Shown: piece by piece, positions 9,634 to 18,545 of the stretch
Layout of the letters: each line of letters opens with the position of its first letter
Position numbering within the stretch: position 1 is the first letter of the stretch
Made by a program: the position numbers and the translations under genes
Assembly (NCBI GenBank): GCA_900617105.1
Contig: UYFQ01000001.1
Span: 1,922,001-1,986,000 of the forward strand
Source of the DNA: Hydrurus foetidus
Taxonomy: Eukaryota
Direction of reading: 5' to 3'
DNA: 64,000 nucleotides
Notes under the pieces: model-generated
What the model saw: only the letters and a program-made list of their open reading frames with translations
Databases searched by the model: none
Told to the model about the DNA's origin: nothing

Positions 9634-10419
9634 CTATTTTTCAGGTTTCAAGTCGCTTTTTTTCTGATTAGAGAAAGTTTGCTTGCCTTCATGTGAGCGC
9701 CTTGCTGTGTGCGTCATAGCGCGGAGATCCTTGGATTCCGCCATCATGCGCGCTACGACACGCACAGGCGGTGCCGAACGTAAAGAGATCGCCTTTAGCC
9801 CCTCCGGAAACGGCTGAGCGTCAACTTTCACGTATGCGACGGTCTCGCCGAGGTACAACCTGTATGCGTTAACGCCAGACCACTTCTCACGCGACGGGTC
9901 AAGAATAGCCTTGGTTGGAATATCCTCGCTCTTATCTTTTCATCTTGATAGGACTGCGTCAAATACTTCAGATAGATTGAAGCCCGGCGTGTCTACCGCC
10001 AAGCGTGCGAGAGGTTCGTAGCAACCGAGGTCGACCTTTGAGTAGAAGGACTGCGTAGACGCCGAAGCACGCCAAAGTACCGTCACCAAGAACTGCAGAA
10101 GTCGCGTTGGGTCTGCTACCGCAGATTCAAAGCCAGCGATCTGGTCACCTTGCGAAATTGGCTGAAATTCAGAATGAAAGTCTTTGAGGAATACATTGAC
10201 TCCGTAATCGTCAATCGCTCCAAACATTGGTTCGCAAACTTCACACAGGATTCCTTCGTCGTACACCCCAATCGGTGCCTTTTTAGGGAACTGACCTTGC
10301 ACCCCAGAAATGAGAAGAGGGATTTCATCGCCTGTGCGTAGCTCGCGGAAAAACGCCTCAGGTATGGCGTGCGCCTTGATAAGTTTGCGGTCTAGCCCAC
10401 AGCGAGCGCATGGTGGCAT
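9634..10419 (-). pseudogene. Hypothetical HNH-like protein split by an in-frame TGA at 9940-9942
   Basis: Track ORFs 9940-10437 and 9634-9858 are in one frame with no other stop between; CARC..HAIP..CEVCE pattern. Confidence 0.65.
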
Positions 10420-10425
10420 GAAGCG

Positions 10426-10483
10426 TCCTAACGTCAAATTTCAACAACGCGCGCAGCACGACTGTTGGAACGCCCGGTCAAAT
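10426..10483 (-). mobile_element. Degenerate integron attC-like site (58 bp)
   Basis: Minus strand ATTTGAC-CGGGC-GTTCCAAC-18nt-GTTGAAA-TTTGAC-GTTAGGA fits R''/5/L''/var/L'/6/R' architecture. Confidence 0.65.
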
Positions 10484-10781
10484 TTCTTGCTGATCGCACT
10501 TTTTGAACCAGCCGAATCTCCAGCTTGCAGCCAAGCGCCTCGGCATACCTGGACAGGGTTGCCAGAGAAGGTGAATGTTTTCCGCTACCTGATTCCATCC
10601 GGGCCACCGCAGACTGCGTGGTGCCGATTTTTTCTGCTACCTGCGCCTGGGTTAGCCCCTGCGACGCTCTGGCTCTCAAGAATTCATCCAACAGCGCAAA
10701 CTCGTCTCCCAGCTTGCCGTATTCGGCTTTCACCTCGGCGTTACCGAGTGCCTTGGTGCGTAGTTGCTTATGCGTCAACAT
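10434..10781 (-). CDS. XRE-family HTH antitoxin
   Basis: GLTQAQVAEKIGTTQSAVARMESG..PSLATL; overlaps end of toxin gene. Confidence 0.85.
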   Translation of the reverse strand: MLTHKQLRTKALGNAEVKAEYGKLGDEFALLDEFLRARASQGLTQAQVAEKIGTTQSAVARMESGSGKHSPSLATLSRYAEALGCKLEIRLVQKVRSARNLTGRSNSRAARVVEI

Positions 10782-11111
10782 CTTTCCACTCCTTCATGAG
10801 CTTGCGCGCTGCTGCTAACTCTTTGGGAGGTGTTTTGTCAGTCTTTTTCACGAACTGATGCAGCATGACAATTTGCCGCCCTACAAGAATGCAATAAAAC
10901 ACTCGACCCCCATTCACGGGACTACTTCACGCGATTTCAAGCGCAACTCAAACAAGCCTGCGCTCATAGCCCGCGTGTGGGGCATACCCAAATCAGGACC
11001 AAATTCCAGCATCCGATCAGTGCAGTGAAAGTACCTTGCCAAAATTCCCTTTGGCAATGCAAGCACCTCCTGCTGCAGCTTTTCATCGTGGTATTTGATT
11101 TCCCAATTCAT
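10768..11111 (-). pseudogene. RelE/ParE-superfamily (Gp49/DUF891-like) toxin, frameshifted near 10908-10930
   Basis: N-half ..LGMPHTRAM..GLFELRLK; C-half GRVFYC..MLHQFVKKTDKTPPKEL lies in another frame ending at TAA 10768. Confidence 0.8.
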
Positions 11112-11119
11112 GTTTTAAA

Positions 11120-11137
11120 TATAGCATATTTGCTATA
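11120..11137. promoter_or_regulatory. Palindrome TATAGCA-N4-TGCTATA, probable TA autoregulatory operator
   Basis: Perfect 7-bp inverted repeat just upstream of the toxin ATG. Confidence 0.6.
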
Positions 11138-11219
11138 AATGAATAACCTCGATGCATGCAGATTTTCGGCTTTTCCACCGCTGGACGCTCTGACCGTTTG
11201 GCTTCAGGCTGCTGAAATC

Positions 11220-11275
11220 ACTATTAATTCAGGAGCTACTTACGCCCGAATCCAATGGGCTACAAGCACCTTTAA
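11220..11275 (+). repeat. 56-bp dispersed element, copy 3 (intergenic, right flank of TA islet)
   Basis: actattaattcaggagctacttacgcccgaatccaatgggctacaagcaccttt. Confidence 0.85.
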
Positions 11276-11312
11276 CATCTAAAAATGGCTTTTTTAGCAA
11301 TTTTTGATGCTT

Positions 11313-13052
11313 TCAGGCCGTTTTAGAACCAGCGTCTGCCAGCTCCGCCTCTTGCAGCGCCCGCCACATGACCTTGCCTGCGCCGCTTTTTGGCAGTGCG
11401 TTAACGAATTGCACCACGCGCGGGTATTTGTAGGCGGCCATGTTGTCTTTGCACCAGGCAATGATTTCGTCGGCGCTGACCGTGTCTTTGAACGCCGCGC
11501 GCAGCACGACCACGGCTTTGACTGACTCGCCGCGGTACGCATCCACGGTTGAAATAATGCATGCTTCCTGGATCGCGGGGTGCTTGAACATTAGCGCTTC
11601 GACTTCTGCCGGCCACACTTTAAAACCTGACGCGTTGATCATGCGTTTTAGGCGGTCGGTGATAAAAAAGTAGCCGTCTTCGTCGACCCGACCCAAATCG
11701 CCTGAGCGAAAAAACCGTTTGCCGTCAACCTCAATAAATGCGTCTTTGGTTGCATCAGACCGCTTCCAGTAACCGCTAAAAATTTGCGGGCCACTCATGA
11801 TGATTTCGCCTTGCTCGCCTTGCGGCATTTCAAGCAACGTGGTCGGGTCAATCACCCGCGAATCGACACCAATAAACGGCACGCCCAAACATTGCTGCTT
11901 GGTCGCGTCGTGTGGGTTGCTGTGTGAAGGCGCAGCGGTTTCTGTCAGGCCGTAGCCCTCGGCGTAATGCAGGCCGTAGTTGTCAAACAAGCGCTGCGCA
12001 ACCGCCTGCGGCATGGCTGCGCCGCCACCGCCGATGTAGACCAGGCTGCTCACGTCGAACTTGTCGAAGTTGGGGCTGGCCAGCAGGTCAATCACCATGG
12101 TGGGAATATTCGTCCAGTGGGTGACGCGCCATCGCGAAATTAAATGCCCGGCTAGCTCACGATCCCAGCGCGGCATGATGACCAGCGTTGCGCCGCCATA
12201 AATAGTGGCGTGCATCACCGACACATGGCCGGTAATATGAAACATGGGCACAACAGACAAAATCACGCTTTCAAACGTGGCGCTGCCCCACAGCGCGGTG
12301 CCTACTGCGTTGTGCATGATGGACGCGTGCGTGTGCATGCAGCCTTTGGGCAGGCCGGTGGTGCCGCTGGTGTACGGCAGCACAGCAAGGTCTGGACCCT
12401 TGGCCGTTGGCTCAGGCAAATTCAACGCTGATTGTTGAACAGCATCCAGCCACTGCACCACCTTGCCGCTGGGTAAAACTGGCAGCGCGTGCCGCGTGCC
12501 AAGCCAGTCGCGCCAGGCGGCGGGCATCATTTCTTCAGGGGTGGCGTCAAAATCAAAGCCGTCGCGCAAATGGGTCACGACTATGCCGGTCAGTTGCTCG
12601 GCAGGCGCAAGCTGCGCGTTCGCTTTGGCCAGCTCACTGGCCAGGTCTGCCGAGGTAATGGCCACCTTGGCGTCGGGGTCCAATATGTAATGCTTGAGCT
12701 CTTCTGCCCGGTTCATGGGGTTGACCGGCACCACCACCGCGTCAATCCGCAAGATCGCAAAGCAGGCAATCACCCACTGCGGCGAGTTTTGCATGTTGAG
12801 CACCACTCGGTCGCCTTTTTTAACGCCTAAATTAACCAGTGTGGCGGCCAGCGATTCGGCCTGTTGCACCACTTGGCCGTACGTGTAGATTTGCTCAAAA
12901 AACACCAGCGCGGCTTTGTCTGGAAATCGCAGACTGGACACCGCCAGGTTGTGCCACAGCGATGTAGCAGGCGGCGTGATGCTGAGTGGCACGCGCTTGG
13001 GCCAGATGGCGTAGTGGCGTTGGTGAGATGGGAATGACAAAAAATGCTCCAA
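11313..13052 (-). CDS. Long-chain fatty-acid--CoA ligase (start uncertain)
   Basis: YTSGTTGLPKG AMP-binding motif, EGYGLTE, FRSGDLG, PKSGAGK. Confidence 0.9.
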   Translation of the reverse strand: MEHFLSFPSHQRHYAIWPKRVPLSITPPATSLWHNLAVSSLRFPDKAALVFFEQIYTYGQVVQQAESLAATLVNLGVKKGDRVVLNMQNSPQWVIACFAILRIDAVVVPVNPMNRAEELKHYILDPDAKVAITSADLASELAKANAQLAPAEQLTGIVVTHLRDGFDFDATPEEMMPAAWRDWLGTRHALPVLPSGKVVQWLDAVQQSALNLPEPTAKGPDLAVLPYTSGTTGLPKGCMHTHASIMHNAVGTALWGSATFESVILSVVPMFHITGHVSVMHATIYGGATLVIMPRWDRELAGHLISRWRVTHWTNIPTMVIDLLASPNFDKFDVSSLVYIGGGGAAMPQAVAQRLFDNYGLHYAEGYGLTETAAPSHSNPHDATKQQCLGVPFIGVDSRVIDPTTLLEMPQGEQGEIIMSGPQIFSGYWKRSDATKDAFIEVDGKRFFRSGDLGRVDEDGYFFITDRLKRMINASGFKVWPAEVEALMFKHPAIQEACIISTVDAYRGESVKAVVVLRAAFKDTVSADEIIAWCKDNMAAYKYPRVVQFVNALPKSGAGKVMWRALQEAELADAGSKTA

Positions 13053-13142
13053 GAGTTATTGCTAGCCTACCCGCAGTTGGCCGTTGGTGCATCGGGGAAG
13101 GGCCTGATGGGACAGTGTGTATGGGGTTGTGCGACTGAATCC

Positions 13143-13348
13143 GCAACCGGTACGGTGCATCCCCTTCCGCTCATGTCCTCCGCCCCTTTGGGGCTCCTCC
13201 TTGACTTCGCTGCGGGGCATACACCGTACCGTTTGCTTGACAGTGTGTTGTGTTCAAACTTTATGCAGAAGACAGGTGGCAAAGTGAGCGGGCTGCTGAT
13301 GCGTTTTGCGTAGGTCAAGGAGGAGGGCCATAGGCCCGGGGGACACGA
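13143..13348. repeat. Intergenic REP-like inverted-repeat structure
   Basis: Stem GCAACCGGTACGGTG (13143) / CACCGTACCGTTTGC (13222); internal TGTCC..CTCCTCCTTGAC recurs inverted at 13314. Confidence 0.6.
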
Positions 13349-13410
13349 AGCAAAACGGATCGGCAGCCCGCTCGCGCACACAAACCAAGCTCAAGCTACC
13401 GGGAAATCAG

Positions 13411-13890
13411 TCAAACCCCAAGCGGAAGCCGCGTCGTGTTTTTAACCTCTTCCATCACCGCATAAGTTCGCGTTTCCCGCACGCCGGGCAACTGCCAGAG
13501 CGCACTGCCCGCAAATGCGCGGTAGGCGGCCATGTCGCGCATGCGGGTTTTCAGCAAGTAGTCGAACCCACCCGCCACCATGTGGCATTCGGTGATTTCG
13601 GGGTACACCTGCACGGCCGCTTTGAAGGCATCAAACACGTTGGCGGTGGTGCGGTCTAGCAGCACCTCTACAAACACCGTCAGCCCCAAGCCCAATTTAA
13701 TCGGGTTCAGCCGCGCCTCATAGCCCAACAAATAGCCGTCCCGGGTCAAGCGCTGCACGCGTGCCAGTACCGCTGTGGGCGACAGCGCCACCACTTCCGC
13801 CAGCTTTAAATTACTAATGCGCCCATCGGTTTGCAACGCGTTCAAAATGCGTATATCGAGGCGGTCTAAGTCGGTGGTTGAAGTTGTCAT
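13411..13890 (-). CDS. Lrp/AsnC regulator divergent from putA (PutR-like)
   Basis: LDRLDIRIL..LQTDGRISN, ECHMVAGGFDYLLK, ETRTYAVMEEVK. Confidence 0.9.
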   Translation of the reverse strand: MTTSTTDLDRLDIRILNALQTDGRISNLKLAEVVALSPTAVLARVQRLTRDGYLLGYEARLNPIKLGLGLTVFVEVLLDRTTANVFDAFKAAVQVYPEITECHMVAGGFDYLLKTRMRDMAAYRAFAGSALWQLPGVRETRTYAVMEEVKNTTRLPLGV

Positions 13891-13990
13891 AAGTAGTGAA
13901 CTATACGGTTAAACCAACTTTTTTAGCGAATAAATTTAACTATACCCATTAAAAATAGTGCATCTAACAACATTAATCCTAAAGTCCTTT

Positions 13991-16900
13991 ATGTCACTTA
14001 TGCCGAATTTGCCCATCCATCCACAGCGCCTGCCCACGCCCTATCGAACTGAAGCAGAAGTTGTCAACGCCCATTTGCAGTCGTTAGGCAATGCGCTGAA
14101 TTGGGCGCAAGCTGCCGAAACTGCCAAGCCTTGGGTGGCCGCAGTGCGCGCCAACCCGCCACCGTTTTGGGCGATGGAAAGTTTGCTCAAGGAATACCCA
14201 ATATCCAGCGCTGAAGGCCTGGCTCTGATGCGACTGGCCGAGGCGCTGCTGCGCGTGCCCGACATGGACACTGCCATTGCTTTAACGGCCGACCAATTGG
14301 GCCGCGCTGACTTTGCAGGCAGCGATGAAAAAGCCGTGAAGGTGCTGGCGCGTTTGTCGTCTAGCGCGATTGGCTTGTCGAAGAAGTTTTTGCCTTCTTC
14401 TGATGGCGGTGGTGGCGGCAACTTCGGTGCTGGCGGCGCCTGGAGCAAACTAGGCGCCCGCACCGTAGTGGCCGCCACGCTGCGCGCCGTGCAACTGCTG
14501 GGCAAGCAATTTGTATTGGGCCAAACCATAGCCGACGCAATGGATGAAGCAGCAAGCGCCAAGAAAAAACAAAGCGGCCTGCGCTACAGCTATGACATGT
14601 TGGGTGAAGGCGCGCGCACCGAGCGGGACGCGAAGGCCTATTTGGCCAGCTACACCAACGCTATTACTTCAATAGCTGCTCGCGCCCGTATTGATTACGC
14701 TTGCGAGCTAAATGATGGTATTTCTATCAAATTAAGTGCTCTGCACCCGCGTTTTGAGCACACCCAGCACGCACGGGTGATGGCAGAGCTGGTGCCGCGC
14801 GTGTGGGGACTGTGTGAGCTGGCCGCACGCGCCAACATCAACCTGACGATTGACGCTGAAGAAGTTGACCGGCTTGAGTTGTCGTTAGACGTATTTGAGG
14901 CACTGGCCGCGCTGGTGTCCCTGCACTACCCCGAGTGGCGCGGCTTTGGCCTGGCGCTGCAGGCGTACCAAACCCGAGCGCTGGACCTGGTGCAACACGT
15001 GATTGTGCTGGCCCGCAAACACAAACTGCGCCTGATGTGTCGGCTGGTTAAAGGCGCGTACTGGGACTCTGAAATCAAACGCGCCCAAGAGCTCGGCCTG
15101 CCGCATTACCCTGTCTTCACCCACAAAAACCACACCGATGTGGCCTACCTGGCCTGCGCCAAAGCGCTGCTGGATGCGCCCGATGCCATTTACCCGCAGT
15201 TTGCTGGGCACAACGCGGGCACGATTGCGGCCATCATGAAAATGGCCGCGGCCAACAACGCTCCATTTGAATTGCAGCGCCTGCACGGCATGGGCGAAGG
15301 CGTCTTCCGTGAGGTGCTTAAGAACCCGCACCTGGCATGCCGCATTTACGCGCCGGTGGGCTCACATAAAGACTTGCTGGCGTACCTGGTGCGGCGCCTG
15401 CTTGAAAACGGGGCCAATTCATCTTTCGTTCACCAGCTGGCAGATGAGTCCGTGGGCATGGATGAGCTGCTCACTTCGCCCTTGACGTCGCACCCCGCGC
15501 CGTCATTACCCCTGCCCGCTGACCTGTTTGGACTGAGTCGTCAAAACAGCGCTGGCGTTGACTTGGCGGTTGAAGCGATGCTGGTGCCGCTGCGCATCGC
15601 ATGCGCAGCTACTGAAGTGCCCAGAGTAGCTATTTTCGATACACATTTGGCCTCTAGCTTAATAAATACGGGCGCAAGCAGCTATCAAAAATGGAGTGCC
15701 CAACCCGTGCAGGCGCGCGCAGCTATTTTGCGCAAAGCCGCTGACGCCATGCAACTGGCGCTGCCTATGTTCTGCGCGCTGTTGGTCAAAGAGGCGCACA
15801 AAACACTGGGCGATGCCGTGGCCGAGGTGCGCGAAGCGATTGACTTTTTACGTTATTACGCGGGCGAAGCAGAGCGCATCATGACACCTATAAATTTGCC
15901 ACAGGCGCACGGCGGCGAAGCGTTTGGCATCACGGGAGAAACCAACGTGCTGCAGCTTAAAGCGCGGGGCGTGTGGCTGTGTATCAGCCCGTGGAACTTT
16001 CCCCTGGCTATTTTTGTCGGCCAGGTAGCTGCAGCGCTCAGCACGGGCAATGCGGTGATTGCCAAGCCAGCCGAGCAAACGCCCGGCGTGGCGCAAGCCG
16101 CCGTTAAATTGCTGACTGACGCAGGCGTGCCCAGCGGCGCGCTGCAACTGGCGCACGGTGCGGGCGACACGGTGGGGGCCGCCCTGGTGGCTCAACCCGG
16201 GCTGGCCGGCGTGGTGTTCACGGGCTCCACCCAGGTCGCCAAAATCATCAACCGCGCACTGGCTGCCAAAGACGGCCCCATCACCCCGCTGATTGCCGAG
16301 ACTGGCGGTATCAACGCCATGCTGGTCGACAGCAGCGCCCTGCCTGAACAGGTGGTCGACGCCGTGATGCACAGCGCCTTTAAAAGCGCCGGCCAGCGCT
16401 GCTCGGCGTTGCGGCTTTTGTGTGTGCACGAATCTATCGCCGACCGCGTGATTGAAATGGTGCAAGGCGCAGCGCTTGAACTGGCCACTGGCGATGCAGC
16501 TGACCTGCAAACTGACGTGGGGCCGGTAATTGATGCTGAGGCCTTTGAAGCCATTCAAACACAGGTAAAACGCTTAAATTCGGAGTCAAAAGTGCTCTTT
16601 AGCCAGGAAATGCGGGCGCGAGCAGCTCCTATAAGCGTAGCAAACTGCATCGCTAATTTAGTACCACCAACCGCGTTTGAAGTTAGCAGTATTGCCGCCG
16701 TGCGCGAAGAAATTTTTGGGCCAGTGCTGCAAATAGTGCGCTGGCGCGGTGACCCGCACAACGTGATGACGCAAATCAACGCGCTGGGCTACGGGCTGAC
16801 GCTGGGCATCCAGACCCGCATTGATTCACGTGCCGAAGCACTGGCAGCCAGCGCGCATATCGGCAACGTGTACGTCAATCGCGCCATGACCGGCGCTGTA

Positions 16901-17050
16901 GTAGGCCTGCAGCCCTTTGGCGGCGAGGGTTTGAGCGGCACCGGGCCCAAAGCCGGTGGGCCGCACTATTTGTACCGCTTTTGCGCGGAGCAAACTGTGA
17001 CCGTGAACACCACCGCAGCTGGAGGAAACGCAGCGCTGTTGGGCGGTTAA
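13991..17050 (+). CDS. putA: Bifunctional proline dehydrogenase / P5C dehydrogenase
   Basis: YDMLGEGA, GISIKLSALHPR, RLVKGAYWD, LVRRLLENGANSSF, SAGQRCSALR, GTGPKAGGPHYL. Confidence 0.96.
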   Translation: MSLMPNLPIHPQRLPTPYRTEAEVVNAHLQSLGNALNWAQAAETAKPWVAAVRANPPPFWAMESLLKEYPISSAEGLALMRLAEALLRVPDMDTAIALTADQLGRADFAGSDEKAVKVLARLSSSAIGLSKKFLPSSDGGGGGNFGAGGAWSKLGARTVVAATLRAVQLLGKQFVLGQTIADAMDEAASAKKKQSGLRYSYDMLGEGARTERDAKAYLASYTNAITSIAARARIDYACELNDGISIKLSALHPRFEHTQHARVMAELVPRVWGLCELAARANINLTIDAEEVDRLELSLDVFEALAALVSLHYPEWRGFGLALQAYQTRALDLVQHVIVLARKHKLRLMCRLVKGAYWDSEIKRAQELGLPHYPVFTHKNHTDVAYLACAKALLDAPDAIYPQFAGHNAGTIAAIMKMAAANNAPFELQRLHGMGEGVFREVLKNPHLACRIYAPVGSHKDLLAYLVRRLLENGANSSFVHQLADESVGMDELLTSPLTSHPAPSLPLPADLFGLSRQNSAGVDLAVEAMLVPLRIACAATEVPRVAIFDTHLASSLINTGASSYQKWSAQPVQARAAILRKAADAMQLALPMFCALLVKEAHKTLGDAVAEVREAIDFLRYYAGEAERIMTPINLPQAHGGEAFGITGETNVLQLKARGVWLCISPWNFPLAIFVGQVAAALSTGNAVIAKPAEQTPGVAQAAVKLLTDAGVPSGALQLAHGAGDTVGAALVAQPGLAGVVFTGSTQVAKIINRALAAKDGPITPLIAETGGINAMLVDSSALPEQVVDAVMHSAFKSAGQRCSALRLLCVHESIADRVIEMVQGAALELATGDAADLQTDVGPVIDAEAFEAIQTQVKRLNSESKVLFSQEMRARAAPISVANCIANLVPPTAFEVSSIAAVREEIFGPVLQIVRWRGDPHNVMTQINALGYGLTLGIQTRIDSRAEALAASAHIGNVYVNRAMTGAVVGLQPFGGEGLSGTGPKAGGPHYLYRFCAEQTVTVNTTAAGGNAALLGG
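14660..14715 (+). repeat. 56-bp element copy 4, in-frame in putA (AITSIAARARIDYACELN)
   Basis: gctattacttcaatagctgctcgcgcccgtattgattacgcttgcgagctaaatg. Confidence 0.85.
15642..15697 (-). repeat. 56-bp element copy 5, antisense in putA (HLASSLINTGASSYQKWS)
   Basis: Reverse complement actccatttttgatagctgcttgcgcccgtatttattaagctagaggccaaatg. Confidence 0.85.
16586..16641 (-). repeat. 56-bp element copy 6, antisense in putA (KVLFSQEMRARAAPISVA)
   Basis: Reverse complement gctacgcttataggagctgctcgcgcccgcatttcctggctaaagagcactttt. Confidence 0.82.
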
Positions 17051-17067
17051 AAACTGCTTCTCAACCT

Positions 17068-18501
17068 TCAGCGCAAATTGCCCGTGTGCCCAAATGAAAA
17101 GCGCCCCGGCTGCGGCCATACCGTCAGGCCATGCGGCTCACGGCCCACGGCAATTTTGTCGACTGCGCCGCTATCAGTGTTAAAGCGGTACACCTCGTTG
17201 TCGTAGCGGCCACCCAGCCACAAGTATTTACCGTCGACGCTGATGTTGCCCATATCAGGGCTGCCGCCGCCAGGAACGGGCCAGGTTTTGGTCACTTTTC
17301 GGGTGGCAAAGTCGATCACGCTGACGCTGCCTTTGCCGTTCGGTGTGCCGCGAATTTTATTGCTACCGCGGTTGGCCACGTACATCGACTTGCCGTCTCG
17401 GCTGGGGTACAGGCCGTGCGCACCTTTACCGGTGGGAATGAACCCGATTTGTTTGAAGCTCTCGCCATCAACCACGTGCACGCCGTCGACCATCATGTCG
17501 GCTACATAAAAAATCTTGCCGTCAGGCGATATGCGCACGTCTTGCGGCATGCCGGGCGTGGTGCAAATGTCAGCACCTGCCGGGCTGGCCGGGTCGGGTA
17601 TGTACTTTGCTTTTTTGCCCGGCGTGGCAATCAGGGCCAGCACATCGGGCCGATCAAAATACGCGTTGAGTTTGAGCGTGTCCACCACCTTGCGGTTGAC
17701 CAAGTCAATCTTGGTGAGGGAGCCGTTGAACTCGCAGGTGAACAATACAAACTTGCCGTCGATAGTGAAATCAGCGTGGTTAATACCCGCGCACTTTGGC
17801 GTAGGAATCGTAAATTTCATGGCCATGGTTTTAGCGTCACGAAAGTCAAGGCGCTTGTACGCCTCAGCCACCACAATCGCGAATTGGCCGTCTGGCGACC
17901 AGTACAGGTTGTACGGGTCATCCACCGGAACTGACTTGCCGGGCTTGCCGGTTTTGGGGTCGATGGGCGTCAAGCTGCCGTCAAGGCGGCCTTCAGCATT
18001 GTTGGCTACCCACAGTGTTTTTAAATCCCAGCTTGGCACGATGTGCTGCGGGTGGATACCTACGTAGAACTTGTCGATGACCTTTAGCGTGGCGGGGTCG
18101 ATCACTGACACGGTGTTTTCACCCCGATTGGGCACGTAGACCCGCTCTAAGGCGCCAGCAACATTGGGGCTGAGCTTGTTCGACGCGATTTCGCTGTACA
18201 AATTGATAGGGTTCACGGCTGGCGGCATGCCAGAGACCATGTCTAGCGTGCCCGTGGGCAACGGGCCGGGCGGTGGTATCGCTGATTTTGCGGCGGCAGC
18301 GGGTTTGGCCAGGGCATAAGGATTGGCAGCGGGCGCATCTGGCGCATTTGGCTTGTTGACCGTTGAAGTGGGGGTTGGGTTAGCGGCTGGGTTTGGGTTT
18401 GTGGATGGGGTTTGCGCCACTGCCAACGACACCGCGGCTGCGCAGCCAACGACGGCCACGAGGCCAGTTTTCCAGAATTTATTTAAGCGGAGTTTACGCA
18501 T
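17068..18501 (-). CDS. Exported YVTN/YncE-type beta-propeller protein
   Basis: Signal peptide, Pro/Ala linker, repeated VYVPN/VSVID/HGLYPS blades. Confidence 0.8.
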   Translation of the reverse strand: MRKLRLNKFWKTGLVAVVGCAAAVSLAVAQTPSTNPNPAANPTPTSTVNKPNAPDAPAANPYALAKPAAAAKSAIPPPGPLPTGTLDMVSGMPPAVNPINLYSEIASNKLSPNVAGALERVYVPNRGENTVSVIDPATLKVIDKFYVGIHPQHIVPSWDLKTLWVANNAEGRLDGSLTPIDPKTGKPGKSVPVDDPYNLYWSPDGQFAIVVAEAYKRLDFRDAKTMAMKFTIPTPKCAGINHADFTIDGKFVLFTCEFNGSLTKIDLVNRKVVDTLKLNAYFDRPDVLALIATPGKKAKYIPDPASPAGADICTTPGMPQDVRISPDGKIFYVADMMVDGVHVVDGESFKQIGFIPTGKGAHGLYPSRDGKSMYVANRGSNKIRGTPNGKGSVSVIDFATRKVTKTWPVPGGGSPDMGNISVDGKYLWLGGRYDNEVYRFNTDSGAVDKIAVGREPHGLTVWPQPGRFSFGHTGNLR

Positions 18502-18545
18502 GGTGGTCGACTTTTAAAACAGAAATCATTAGCAAAATAAAGGCG

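Noticed and set aside
9940..9942. Selenocysteine recoding of this TGA (and pyrrolysine at TAG 53691)
   Set aside because: No evident SECIS-like hairpin or redox-motif context; single-base nonsense changes are simpler
10905..10935. Transposon excision footprint in the toxin (CGTGAA duplication)
   Set aside because: Removing the 13-bp duplicated segment does not restore the frame
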